This document shows, piece after piece, positions 19,651-29,392 of a DNA stretch of 64,000 nucleotides. The stretch is taken from IMG/VR virus record IMGVR_UViG_3300044638_007036, positions 18,096 to 82,095 of that record; one strand, 5' to 3'. Source of the DNA: a virus. Both the position numbers and the translations under genes were made by a program. How positions within the stretch are numbered: the stretch's first letter is position 1; every line of letters begins with the position of its first letter. Below the pieces are notes generated by a model. It was not told the origin of the DNA. It searched no databases and saw only the letters and a list, made by a program, of their open reading frames with translations.

Positions 19651-20197
19651 TATTATCCTTTAAATACAAAGCTCGTTTATTTTCCGAAAACTTGGACAAT
19701 TTAGTTTCTCCAAATACAAGAGTTCTAAATTGTTTTGCTAGTAAAATTTCTACTCTAGCAGTTTTATTTATCTCATCAGTAAAAACTCTACACCCTATTA
19801 CTATATCATACTCATTAGAAAATTCAAACAACGGATCTTTAGCTTGAAATATCCAACTGTCTCCATATCTATTAGAAGACTCAAAAGATTGAGATTTTAT
19901 ATGTAGATTATATAATCCCCAATACAAATCAGGATCAAATGATTTATATTGTGCTGAATAGACTGACATATCTGGAATATTTATATTAGTCCTACCTTCT
20001 GAGAGATATATAAAATAAACTCCCCATTCTGCAAGCTTTCCAAGTAGTATGTCATTTTTGATTTTAGATAAATTAAATTGTTTTCTTTTAGAGTACTCAT
20101 CTTTATTAGTAATGAGTACTCTTTCTGCGAAGTGCTCGCATATTTTATAAATATCTGACTGTAGTTGATAAGATCTATCGAAAAGATCCGGCTTCAT
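19643..20197 (-). CDS. Putative PD-(D/E)XK-fold protein
   Basis: 'GKLAE', 'FDPDL', 'HIKS' spacing. Confidence 0.4.
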   Translation of the reverse strand: MKPDLFDRSYQLQSDIYKICEHFAERVLITNKDEYSKRKQFNLSKIKNDILLGKLAEWGVYFIYLSEGRTNINIPDMSVYSAQYKSFDPDLYWGLYNLHIKSQSFESSNRYGDSWIFQAKDPLFEFSNEYDIVIGCRVFTDEINKTARVEILLAKQFRTLVFGETKLSKFSENKRALYLKDNNE

Positions 20198-20324
20198 ATA
20201 CCTTATTCTTTTGTTCTTCCTCTTCTACTTTTTTCTTATCTACTCCAAAACTTGTTTCGTAATGTAAAGCACAAGACTGTAGAAACATTAATAGAAATAA
20301 AATAATAGCAGTTTTAAAATTCAT
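20175..20324 (-). CDS. Small lipoprotein (49 aa, not in the ORF track)
   Basis: Manual translation MNFKTAIILFLLMFLQSCALHY...; lipobox LQSC; RBS AAGGAG. Confidence 0.65.
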   Translation of the reverse strand: MNFKTAIILFLLMFLQSCALHYETSFGVDKKKVEEEEQKNKVYEAGSFR

Positions 20325-20333
20325 TACAACTCC

Positions 20334-20594
20334 TTACGTTTCTTCTGGTACAAATTCTCTTTTCATTTCATAATCTAAATTTTTAACATAGTTCCTAACT
20401 TCTTCTTTTCTAGAATGGTGAACTTGTTTTACAAGAACATGTTCATCAATCTCCTTTTCAGTAAGTGGTCTAAGCTTAGGTTCCATAAACATCTCAATCA
20501 TCTTTAGAATCTCCTCTGCTTTAGCAGACTTAGGAGAATCTCCGTTCAACATAGATTCGACATTCTTCAGCATTTGACTTCGTTTAGCAAACAT
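20334..20594 (-). CDS. Small protein, 'MKRS...' paralog family
   Basis: Similar to 20819 and 46938. Confidence 0.6.
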   Translation of the reverse strand: MFAKRSQMLKNVESMLNGDSPKSAKAEEILKMIEMFMEPKLRPLTEKEIDEHVLVKQVHHSRKEEVRNYVKNLDYEMKREFVPEET

Positions 20595-20818
20595 AATTAC
20601 CTCTGAACATATTGTATCAGTATTAATACTACAAACAAAAGAATAAATTTACCAGTTAATCCCATAAAGCTTTAACCTCTGTATTGATTCTATTTAAAAT
20701 TTCCTGAGGCAGTACTTGCATAGCAATCATAACATCATATGGAATTGGTTCTGTATTTTTATTTGACCAATATACTTTACTTAATAACCATTCCTTTAAG
20801 ATAAACTCAGCTTGTTCT

Positions 20819-21046
20819 TCAGACATTTTCATCCTCCCATCCTTCTACTACCACAGTTTCTTCATAAGGCATTAGTTCAATATCTTTCTTACGAATTCTC
20901 TTTTTATGAGTTGGTTTAATAATATCAAGATCTTCTAAACCTTTTAGTACCAAGTCAGCATGTTCTTTTTCATTGTATGAATAATGTCCAGTATTTCTCA
21001 TAGTTAAAGTCGTAGCAATTAATTTAAGTACAGCACTGCGTTTCAT
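20819..21046 (-). CDS. Small protein, 'MKRS...' paralog family
   Basis: MKRSAVLKLI...ADLVLKGLE...GWEDE. Confidence 0.6.
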   Translation of the reverse strand: MKRSAVLKLIATTLTMRNTGHYSYNEKEHADLVLKGLEDLDIIKPTHKKRIRKKDIELMPYEETVVVEGWEDENV

Positions 21047-21252
21047 TGTAACATCCTTGTATTTTTTTTAACTAGTTCATATTCCTCAGAAGGTAAATTA
21101 TGCATATCATTATTTATATTTGACATGAACTTTTCATATTCAACATTAAGCAATCTATTTTCTAATTCAAGATTACTTTTTATTAAAAAGATACAGAAGC
21201 AACCTAGCACAAGTAACACAATTCCAAGAGTCCAAGTTAAGATAGTCATCAA
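21043..21252 (-). CDS. Small membrane protein
   Basis: N-terminal TM helix. Confidence 0.55.
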   Translation of the reverse strand: MMTILTWTLGIVLLVLGCFCIFLIKSNLELENRLLNVEYEKFMSNINNDMHNLPSEEYELVKKNTRMLQ

Positions 21253-23534
21253 TGCCCCTCCCTTAAGTTTCCAGCAATTTCAGGTTTAGCTATTAAAGGC
21301 ATTGCTAGTTTGTTAGTGCCTTCCATTGCAGATTGTACCACTTGCTTTCCTATTTCACAAATTTCTTCTTTACATGTAGCTACTAGCTGATCATGTATTT
21401 GTAAACTTACCCATGCATCTAGTTTATTTTCCATGAATTTCTTTGTCATGGCAATAGCGGCTCTATTCACAATAGAAGTAGCGGCTGATTGAATAGGAAA
21501 GTTTAAAGCATTGTTTAGTAGATTGTTATATTCTTTTCGGATTAATCTAAGTTCGTCCATAGGTACTCCAGTTTTCGTTGATATCTTTTTGAGATTTCTG
21601 AAATCTAAAATACCATCTCCAAATCTTTGATAGATTTCCTTAGCTCTAGGAAGGTGACGGACTCTGCCAAATTTACTAGTAACCTTTCCAGTAGTCTTTA
21701 CTTCTGTGAGATATTTATCCATCTTAGCTTTCAATCCGGGAAATGCTTTAAAGTAGTTACTGATAATCTCTGCCGCCTTCTCTTCGGAAATATCTAAACT
21801 CTTAGCAAGCTTGAACTCTTTCATTCCATATCGAATACCGAGAGCATAAGCCTTTGCGTTCTGCCTGACATTAGGATATTTCTTCTTTAGAAAGTTCGGA
21901 GCTTTCTTATCAGCCGAAGCATCTTTGATATCTTCTGCCATGATAGCTACTACTGAATACATATCTAGATTGTCAGTAAAGATTCTGATTAGAGCTTCAT
22001 CGCCCGCATCGTCAGCGAAGCAACGAGGTTCAAGAGATTCATAGTCATCGTCTATGAACTTATAACCTTTAGGAGCAATTACTAATTCCCGAATAGAATC
22101 ATTGTATTTCTTTACTAGCTCATGCTCTACGCTGTCTTCATCCTTTGGACGAGGTAGCTGTTGGAAGTCACTGGAGTATCTTCCTGACGTTGTACCATGT
22201 TGCTTGAATGAAGGATAGTAAATTCCATTCTCATGATTCTCAAGGAATCTTTCGTAGTAGCTACTCTTGATTTTATTGAGCTTATTATATACTCTTAGCT
22301 TCTCAGCCCAAGGATGATCCTTAGAAATACTTTCAACGAAGTCCTCATTGAATTGCGGAGATCCTTTAGCTGTCTTTGTAAGAGGCTCGATTCCCATGTA
22401 GTTAAATACTAAATCTCCAATTTGAGTTTTGGATTGAATGTTAATCAGGTAATCTGTTTCATTATCTTTCTTTAGTAGGTTACATCGAATATCCCAAATA
22501 GAACTGGAACCTAAGTAGTGTGCATCATTAGTTAAAAGAAATTTCTTCCAGCAACTATCAGGTAACGATTCAATAGTTTTCTTATTAAGTATAAACTTTC
22601 CATTCGCTCCAGTAGGAAGTTCTAATCCTGCATAGTTACAAACCTCTTGAGCAAAAGAACCTTTACATGATACGGGATATTCCTCTAATTTAGTTTGGAT
22701 ATAATTACTCCAAGCTGAAGTATTGTATAAAGCCTCGACAACTTCTTTTTCGTACTCTAGGATATCGGAAGTAATTCCTGCGTAAAGTTGTTGCAATCGA
22801 GGCAGGTCGATATGAACTCCACGATGCTCCATGCGGATAGTAACTAATCTATATAGAGGCATCACTTCTTCTTGAAAAAAGAAAGTAAACAAATTCTGCT
22901 GCTCTAGTTGCTTTAAATGGTAATTGTATAATCGAATAGTCATATCCACATCGGCACAAGCATACTTATGTAACAACCACAAATCTGCTTTATACATTTC
23001 TTTATTAGACGCAATCCACTTACCACCATTATCTATTACAGATTGTTTTAAATCGAGTTGCTCTTGATTGGCAGCATCTTGAGAATCCAATCCTAATTCT
23101 ACTGCTCTACGAATACAAATGTCCTTAAGTCCAAATGGACCATCTTCGTTAATAGTATGCTCCATTAACATAGTATCAGCATGTAGAGCTGAGAGTAAAT
23201 TCGTTTTAAGATCGTTAGCAGTAATACGAATATCATAAGAGGCATTGTGCATTACGAGCTTTTTAGTTTTCAACACAGATAAAATTTTATTAAGTGTATT
23301 ATCAGAATAGAAAGGGTGAGTAGTAAGTGCTTTAATATGATCTTGCCAATACATTATAGGATAGTAAAATCCCATAGCTTCTTTGCCAGTAAATGCAATA
23401 CCAATAACTCTATCCTTACGTACGTTAAGTCCTGTAGACTCCACATCGTACGCTATAACAGAATAGTTTTCTAAATGATCTAAAGCTTTTTGTAATGGTT
23501 TTTCTCCATCTATTAGAATATATTCTTTAATCAT
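21249..23534 (-). CDS. polA: DNA polymerase family A with 3'-5' exonuclease domain
   Basis: Exo 'YDVESTGL', 'HNASYD', 'YACAD'; 'GTTSGRYSS'; motif A 'DYESLEPR', motif B 'RQNAKAYALGIRYG', motif C 'QIHDQ'. Confidence 0.95.
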   Translation of the reverse strand: MIKEYILIDGEKPLQKALDHLENYSVIAYDVESTGLNVRKDRVIGIAFTGKEAMGFYYPIMYWQDHIKALTTHPFYSDNTLNKILSVLKTKKLVMHNASYDIRITANDLKTNLLSALHADTMLMEHTINEDGPFGLKDICIRRAVELGLDSQDAANQEQLDLKQSVIDNGGKWIASNKEMYKADLWLLHKYACADVDMTIRLYNYHLKQLEQQNLFTFFFQEEVMPLYRLVTIRMEHRGVHIDLPRLQQLYAGITSDILEYEKEVVEALYNTSAWSNYIQTKLEEYPVSCKGSFAQEVCNYAGLELPTGANGKFILNKKTIESLPDSCWKKFLLTNDAHYLGSSSIWDIRCNLLKKDNETDYLINIQSKTQIGDLVFNYMGIEPLTKTAKGSPQFNEDFVESISKDHPWAEKLRVYNKLNKIKSSYYERFLENHENGIYYPSFKQHGTTSGRYSSDFQQLPRPKDEDSVEHELVKKYNDSIRELVIAPKGYKFIDDDYESLEPRCFADDAGDEALIRIFTDNLDMYSVVAIMAEDIKDASADKKAPNFLKKKYPNVRQNAKAYALGIRYGMKEFKLAKSLDISEEKAAEIISNYFKAFPGLKAKMDKYLTEVKTTGKVTSKFGRVRHLPRAKEIYQRFGDGILDFRNLKKISTKTGVPMDELRLIRKEYNNLLNNALNFPIQSAATSIVNRAAIAMTKKFMENKLDAWVSLQIHDQLVATCKEEICEIGKQVVQSAMEGTNKLAMPLIAKPEIAGNLREGH

Positions 23535-23537
23535 TTT

Positions 23538-24005
23538 TTAACTCCATACTGGTTCACGAACATCAGTTTCCCAACGTGAAGAAAGGTAAAGCTGGTACGC
23601 TATGGTTACATCTTTCTCATGAGTGAAGTCTACTCCCTTCGTAAGATTGCGAGCATTGTTAGAGAATGGCATACGTTCTCCTGCAGGGATGAGATGTTCA
23701 TTAGCTTCAAACACTGGTACTAGTTTAGAACTTGCATGTGTCTTACCTGTGCGTCTAGTATACTCTTCGCATAAAGCTTTGAAGTGAGCGAGAAGCCATC
23801 TATAGTTACCCTGTGTGGTGCGAGTCCATACTGAACTCGGATGATTAAGATGAGCGATTCTATAAACGTCAGATCCTTTATAACCATGGACTCGTAGAGC
23901 TGTTGATAGTAACTGTGCGGACTCGAGACACATTTTGATACATCGTTTATCGTCAAGAAATTTAGCGGACTGCACTGGACAATCTGAGGTTGCAAAGATA
24001 TTCAT
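23538..24005 (-). CDS. Pyrimidine-dimer DNA glycosylase-like protein
   Basis: 'MNIF...DDKRCIKMCLESAQLLST', 'HLNHPSSVW', 'EYTRRTGKTH'. Confidence 0.8.
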   Translation of the reverse strand: MNIFATSDCPVQSAKFLDDKRCIKMCLESAQLLSTALRVHGYKGSDVYRIAHLNHPSSVWTRTTQGNYRWLLAHFKALCEEYTRRTGKTHASSKLVPVFEANEHLIPAGERMPFSNNARNLTKGVDFTHEKDVTIAYQLYLSSRWETDVREPVWS

Positions 24006-24043
24006 GGTTGCCTCCTTAATATCTAAGTTTAATATATCATAAA

Positions 24044-24298
24044 TTATCCCGCATTAAAAGAAGCAATTACTACTCCTTTCTCAATTCCCTCTTTTGCTAC
24101 TCCAATTAATTCTACTTTTACGTCTTCTAATTTAAAACACCAAGAACTGTATTCACGTGCTCCTACCCACCATTCTTCTACAGCGTACTGGCAGGGGTTA
24201 ATTTTTTTAGCTTCTTCTTCATTTTCTGCCGCAACAATTGCAGAATCATAAGTGTCCCAATCGTTATTTACTATTTGTGATATCTTATATAAATTCAT
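24044..24298 (-). CDS. Hypothetical phage protein
   Basis: 'WDTYDSAIVAAENEEEAK...SFNAG'; RBS present. Confidence 0.7.
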   Translation of the reverse strand: MNLYKISQIVNNDWDTYDSAIVAAENEEEAKKINPCQYAVEEWWVGAREYSSWCFKLEDVKVELIGVAKEGIEKGVVIASFNAG

Positions 24299-24310
24299 TG
24301 TTTTATTCCT

Positions 24311-24625
24311 TTAAAATTTATTTATATTATCACTCTTACAGAATGGACATCCCACTCTTAATTTAACTTTATTTACATCCCACTTAATATACTGATTGTT
24401 GCCCGAAAAATTTCCAGTATTACGATTCGAAAATGTTCTATCACAATCTCCACAGTTTAAATAATCACTTGGCTTTTTATTTGCTAATCTTAAAAGTCTC
24501 TGGTTTCTTTCGTACTCCGTGGCACATGCTTTACATATACCACGTTTCTTTGAATGAAGATACTTTTCTTTTTTCATTTCCTCTGCTGTGAATTGTGTTC
24601 TCAAACATGATCGACAATTGTACAT
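24311..24625 (-). CDS. Multi-CxxC Zn-binding protein
   Basis: Four CxxC pairs. Confidence 0.65.
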   Translation of the reverse strand: MYNCRSCLRTQFTAEEMKKEKYLHSKKRGICKACATEYERNQRLLRLANKKPSDYLNCGDCDRTFSNRNTGNFSGNNQYIKWDVNKVKLRVGCPFCKSDNINKF

Positions 24626-24639
24626 ACCATCCTTTTGTA

Positions 24640-26598
24640 TTAAAACAAATCAATATCTCCACCACCATCCTTAGCTGCTTTCTTAGCGTCTCGGACTTCC
24701 TTGAGTTCCATTCTTTCGATGTCCTCAAGTTCTCTTATATTACCAGTAAGACCATCCCAATGCAAATCGGCAGAAAATAACCTACCCGATCTGTTCTTGA
24801 CACAATCGATTGAGAAGAACTTATCTGTCTCTGGAGTACGTGAGCTATATCCGGGACGATGAATTGTCAGGATAGCAGTACAAGCCTGAGCAATAGCAGA
24901 TGAACCCTTAGCCGCATTGTAGGATAGTAGCGGCTCATCAATAGTACTAGACATCTTGTTCGGTTGTAAGAATACAAGTACAGCTTTATTCATATTAATC
25001 GCAATCTCTCGCAGTCCTTGAATAACTTCTGCACTACTCTGAGTTGGGTCCGAGTATTTAGATTGTACTAGCTCAAGATAGTCCACTACAATAAGACGAA
25101 AGTTAACTCCTAATTTCTTTTCAGTATTAATGATTGTTTGTTTCATCTCTTCAATACTCTGTCCAGTTTTAAATACAAAGCGAACATTCTTATACTCATC
25201 TGCTACTAACTTAGCTATGCGCTGTTGCTCTGTCTTGTTATTAGTGCGGTAGATATCATATAACTTATCCCTATCCAACTTAGTGTGTCGTTGAATTAAT
25301 TTTTGGAACACATCAAACTTCGACATATCGAAACTAAAGAACATAGAAGGTATGCCAAGCTGAGAAGTATTGTTATGAACTGTAACACCTAAAGAAGTTT
25401 TACCTGATCCCGGAGGTCCAATGATTCCATAAAGTCTACCGACTTGTACATGGAGATTATTATCTAAACATGGTATACCAAACTTTAAAGTATTCTTATC
25501 AATATCTTTAGCATAGCTCACAAATAGCTTGGCTGTTTCTTCGATGTCATGTACATCTGCCTCATCTTCTACTTTAGCAGAAGCAGGTACAAGTGTTGAT
25601 AATGTTTGTAGTAAGTCATCATTAGCAATTGAATACACTCCTCCTTTCCAATGGGGAGAATATATTTGTGCGATGATGTTCTTATATATCTCACTCTTTG
25701 GAAACTTATCATCTCCTGTTCTTTCTCCTTGAAGTTCAGCGGCTGACTTTAAGAAGTGATAGGTCTGAGTTTCATTAAATCCTAAGGACTTAAATGTAGA
25801 ACCTAGAATCATAAGAGCATGACTACGTTCCCCAGAATCAAAGAATCCTAGTGAGAGTAAATACTTTTCTGGAGTCAAGAACTTTGGCTTACTACTCCAA
25901 TCAACTTCAGAAATATCATATGCAATTTTTAATTTAGTAACTGTTTCAACTTTCGGGGATTTAATTTTTAACTCCTTAAGTTTGGGAGTAATGGATGCAG
26001 GTTTAAAAATATCTCGTAGTTGACTCGCATCGAATGATTGTCGTGCTTCATTCTTTATTTCCTCAATTGTAGCATCTGCTAGTCCTGTGAAATCCAAAGG
26101 AACTTTAAACAATCCAGTGTCCTGATGTTTACTTAAAGGTAATCGTAGAATTCTATTCGCATTATAGATCTGTCTATCTAGAGTATTTAAACCTTCCCCT
26201 ACATTTAAACAGATGTTCTTAACTTCTTGTGGAGTAAATGTTTCAGATTGAAATGTTACCTCAACTTGAAATCCCTTCTTTCCAGAAAAGAATAAAGCAA
26301 TGTTATCAGATGCTAAATTATAAATCTTAGCTAGTCTAGCACAGAGAACGTGAGCATCGTCCTTAGCTTGATTTAGATTATCAGCACTATCAAAATCCCA
26401 ATAAAGTTTATTAGTTACTGTATCATTAATCCCTGCAACCGTTCCAGTTGTCTTGAATGTATTATATTGATCTTCGTTATAAAAGAAAGCCGAAGTGTAA
26501 TAGTCTTTATTTAAATCTATGTTCTTATATACGTCGCTATTAATCGGAACTAGAATACCTTTGTCTTGAACGCCTTTACAAATTCTAATATAATTCAC
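24640..26598 (-). CDS. Primase-helicase fusion (AEP-type primase + SF4/DnaB-like helicase)
   Basis: 'YWDFD', 'FSGKKGFQV', 'RILRLP' (AEP); Walker A 'GPPGSGKT', 'VVDYLE', 'KNRSG'; GTG 26598 with GGAGG RBS preferred over 26640. Confidence 0.9.
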   Translation of the reverse strand: MNYIRICKGVQDKGILVPINSDVYKNIDLNKDYYTSAFFYNEDQYNTFKTTGTVAGINDTVTNKLYWDFDSADNLNQAKDDAHVLCARLAKIYNLASDNIALFFSGKKGFQVEVTFQSETFTPQEVKNICLNVGEGLNTLDRQIYNANRILRLPLSKHQDTGLFKVPLDFTGLADATIEEIKNEARQSFDASQLRDIFKPASITPKLKELKIKSPKVETVTKLKIAYDISEVDWSSKPKFLTPEKYLLSLGFFDSGERSHALMILGSTFKSLGFNETQTYHFLKSAAELQGERTGDDKFPKSEIYKNIIAQIYSPHWKGGVYSIANDDLLQTLSTLVPASAKVEDEADVHDIEETAKLFVSYAKDIDKNTLKFGIPCLDNNLHVQVGRLYGIIGPPGSGKTSLGVTVHNNTSQLGIPSMFFSFDMSKFDVFQKLIQRHTKLDRDKLYDIYRTNNKTEQQRIAKLVADEYKNVRFVFKTGQSIEEMKQTIINTEKKLGVNFRLIVVDYLELVQSKYSDPTQSSAEVIQGLREIAINMNKAVLVFLQPNKMSSTIDEPLLSYNAAKGSSAIAQACTAILTIHRPGYSSRTPETDKFFSIDCVKNRSGRLFSADLHWDGLTGNIRELEDIERMELKEVRDAKKAAKDGGGDIDLF

Positions 26599-26602
26599 AC
26601 TT

Positions 26603-26640
26603 CCTCCATAAAATATGGAGGAGGAATAAACCTCCCCCAT
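26603..26640 (-). promoter_or_regulatory. Two mutually exclusive hairpins (terminator-like vs RBS-sequestering)
   Basis: Minus strand: ATGGGGGAGG-TTTATT-CCTCCTCCAT-ATTTT versus CCTCCATA-TTT-TATGGAGG. Confidence 0.6.
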
Positions 26641-26648
26641 AAAGAATA

Positions 26649-26933
26649 CTATTTAATCTTAGCCACAACTCGCTTTACAAAAAACTTAGGAATCTTCTCC
26701 ATACTTTTCTTAGCACTCTCTACTTGATCATCCGATAGTTTACCAGAATTAATCATACGTTTATACTTTTCATCTGGTGCTTCTAGTTCAAGAATTGTAT
26801 TAGGTTTAATCAGTTCTAGAATTTCTTCCTTAGCTGTAATCTTAATATAATACCTTGTCTTCTCTGATGGATCTTTCTTTGGTGCTTCTAAGAATTCTCC
26901 AAAATCTCTACGCAATACTTTTTTATCAGCCAT
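26649..26933 (-). CDS. Hypothetical protein (possible ssDNA-binding)
   Basis: Lies between ERF and primase-helicase; function is positional inference only. Confidence 0.5.
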   Translation of the reverse strand: MADKKVLRRDFGEFLEAPKKDPSEKTRYYIKITAKEEILELIKPNTILELEAPDEKYKRMINSGKLSDDQVESAKKSMEKIPKFFVKRVVAKIK

Positions 26934-26948
26934 AGTTTACTCCTTGTG

Positions 26949-27599
26949 TTATAGATCAATTTCACCAGCTACTTCTTTAGTAGCTGTTTCTACTGATACT
27001 GTTGGCTTTGGTTTATTGAACGATACCGTTTTCTTTACAGACGTAGCATCTCTCATAGGAGTTGCTGAAGGGGTAGTAGCAGATGTGGTAGGTTTAGCTA
27101 AGCTCTTTGCTTGCACCTCTTCTACAATATTCTTTTTAGGAGGAGCCTTGAAACTGTTCTCATGATCTCTCGACTCTTCGTTGTCTGTAGATTCTAGTAC
27201 AAAGTTTTTGAGGAATACATACTTCACCGCCATACTCTCAGCTTTACCTACTGCCTTGTCCCCACTATCAAATGCATATGCAAAACTTTTGCATACCTCA
27301 CGTTCCTCTGGTTTATCTGCATTAATAAAAGTTACATCGACCCATACATCAGCTCTATATTCAAGAGAAGTATCCCCATACTTATTAGTTTTTTCTCTGG
27401 AGGATAGTTCTACTTTTTCTACTGATACTTTAGTAACGATACCATTCTCTGCTAGAGGTTTGTGTAATAGCCTCGCAACATCATCATGATTTACAGCAGA
27501 ATAAGACCTACCATTACCCATGCTAATGTTTGCACCTTTGAATACAGTCTCTACTTCTTTCATAATTGAAGTCATTTTTTGATAAAGATTTTTAGACAT
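26949..27599 (-). CDS. erf: ERF-family ssDNA annealing protein
   Basis: 'NLYQKM..I', 'YSAVNHDDV', 'DSGDKAVGKAESMAVKY'. Confidence 0.85.
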   Translation of the reverse strand: MSKNLYQKMTSIMKEVETVFKGANISMGNGRSYSAVNHDDVARLLHKPLAENGIVTKVSVEKVELSSREKTNKYGDTSLEYRADVWVDVTFINADKPEEREVCKSFAYAFDSGDKAVGKAESMAVKYVFLKNFVLESTDNEESRDHENSFKAPPKKNIVEEVQAKSLAKPTTSATTPSATPMRDATSVKKTVSFNKPKPTVSVETATKEVAGEIDL

Positions 27600-28137
27600 A
27601 ACCTTCCTTTTTCAATAATGTACAAATATAACTAGGTGCTATTTTATAAGCAGCTCCTATTTGTTTATAAGTATACCCTAATTTTTTAAATTCATATAGT
27701 TCAAAAATAATTTCTTTAGTGTACTTTGAACAATTAACATTATGTTTTTTAAAAAGTCCCATATCTTTTGCATGTTGTAAATTTTCTGAACGATCTAACC
27801 AATTAATATTCTGTAATGAATTGTCATTTTTATTACCATTAATATGATTAGCTTCATAACTATCTCCACAATAATTGAGAAAAGTCTGAGCCACTAATCT
27901 AGATACATAAAATGTTTTTGTTAAATTATTTTTTCTAATTGATACAACAATATAATTACTTCTATTTTTTCTTTGCTTATAAATATAATCGGTACTAAAA
28001 TTTTTAACCCTTCCTAAATTAGATACTAAAACATCTTCTAATTTAGGATGGAACAACCAAACCTCCTTCCCTCTTTTATTTATAAAATCTAAAGTAATAT
28101 TTCTAAATGATTCTCTATGACGCAAAGAATACTGCAT
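27592..28137 (-). CDS. NUMOD4-HNH homing endonuclease
   Basis: 'EVW...VSNLGRVK', 'VSRLVAQTF', 'NHINGNKNDNSLQNINW...EN'; more AT-rich than its neighbours. Confidence 0.85.
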   Translation of the reverse strand: MQYSLRHRESFRNITLDFINKRGKEVWLFHPKLEDVLVSNLGRVKNFSTDYIYKQRKNRSNYIVVSIRKNNLTKTFYVSRLVAQTFLNYCGDSYEANHINGNKNDNSLQNINWLDRSENLQHAKDMGLFKKHNVNCSKYTKEIIFELYEFKKLGYTYKQIGAAYKIAPSYICTLLKKEGYV

Positions 28138-28535
28138 TAGTTCACTCCTAATTTAGTTCCTAACTGTCTTCTAAATTCCAATAGACTATCTCCGATACCA
28201 CTTTCAATAGACGATTCCACAATCCTTACCCCAATAGAACCATCCTCATTAAGAGAAGCATCAACAAAGGCAATTAGGTTTGATCCACTTGAAGTTTTAA
28301 CCATAATCACATTTGGGTTCGTAACGGAAACTTCTTCCTTATTCACATTACCATTCTTCTCAATTGTAACAGTACCTCCAATTAAAGAAACAATGGTGTT
28401 TAAATCTTCTTGAGTTAATCTCTTTGCATGAGATCCCGCATCGAATCCTGCCGCCTGTACTTTTTTTACAAACTCCCCAACAGGTTCTCCTCTTCGTTTA
28501 GCTAATTCTCCTAAGGTCATTACATAGATAGACAT
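28137..28535 (-). CDS. Protein with an N-terminal IF2_N-like domain
   Basis: 'MTLGELAKRRGEPVGEFVKKVQAAGFDAGSHAKRLTQEDLNTI' fits the IF2 N-domain pattern. Confidence 0.55.
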   Translation of the reverse strand: MSIYVMTLGELAKRRGEPVGEFVKKVQAAGFDAGSHAKRLTQEDLNTIVSLIGGTVTIEKNGNVNKEEVSVTNPNVIMVKTSSGSNLIAFVDASLNEDGSIGVRIVESSIESGIGDSLLEFRRQLGTKLGVN

Positions 28536-29392
28536 TACTTCTCCTTTGTTTCTTGGTATATATCCTTACTAAAGTAACCATTATGACAATGTGTGTAAAA
28601 TTCACATCGCCTTCCAAAAGCATAACATGATTTAGTATTCATTTCAAAATCTTTATTTTTAATCTTGTCTAAAGTAGTTACAAACTTATCTAGAACTTGT
28701 TCTTTTTTTTCATTACTAATTTTGTCTAATATTATTTGAGTTTTAAAATTCTTTTTGTTTAGAGTTAAATAACCAAACCATTCTATATCTGAAAATCCAC
28801 ACGCATATAAAGCTAACTGATCTTTAACCTGTACAGAATTTTTAGCATAAGGTTCGCTTGTGGTTTTGTTATCTAGTAAAGCATGAACAACATTGCCATT
28901 GTCATCTTCTATCATAGCAATCAAATCTAGTTTACCGTATATACTATCCTCAGTCTCTTCGCCTTTATCGTCATAACCACTTAAGGTTAACTCCCCTTGT
29001 ACTGAAAGCACTTTATGTATTTTAGGAAAGATATTATCTTTGTATGCATCTAATAATTTATGACCTTTCCTAGAAAGGGAAAGGAAGTTCTGCTCTACTA
29101 ATGGTAATGATTGCTCTTCATCAGATAATAATTTTAAATCTAAATCAGATTTGTAATACTCTATTCTATCCATGATTTCCGAGTACTTACTCCATTCGCA
29201 GTCAAATACTTCATGATAGTTTAGATTACCTTCCAACATAGAATTCAATGCTATATCCAAAGCATTACCAAAACATAAAGCAGAACTTTGTAATGAACTT
29301 CTGTACCTTTCTACATAGTGCAGGTAATATTTATAAGGACACTGTTCATACTTTTCTCTTGCTGAAAAACTTAATCTAGTCATCTCTTGCAA
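28535..29392 (-). CDS. PD-(D/E)XK Cas4/RecB-like exonuclease
   Basis: 'LSFS..QCP', 'GKLDLI', 'LDNKT', 'QLALY', C-terminal Cys cluster; adjacent to ERF. Confidence 0.85.
   Translation of the reverse strand: MQEMTRLSFSAREKYEQCPYKYYLHYVERYRSSLQSSALCFGNALDIALNSMLEGNLNYHEVFDCEWSKYSEIMDRIEYYKSDLDLKLLSDEEQSLPLVEQNFLSLSRKGHKLLDAYKDNIFPKIHKVLSVQGELTLSGYDDKGEETEDSIYGKLDLIAMIEDDNGNVVHALLDNKTTSEPYAKNSVQVKDQLALYACGFSDIEWFGYLTLNKKNFKTQIILDKISNEKKEQVLDKFVTTLDKIKNKDFEMNTKSCYAFGRRCEFYTHCHNGYFSKDIYQETKEK

Noticed and set aside
28535-29392. Cas4-like nuclease as evidence of a CRISPR-Cas system
   Set aside because: No array or other cas genes; its place beside ERF fits an ordinary phage recombination exonuclease
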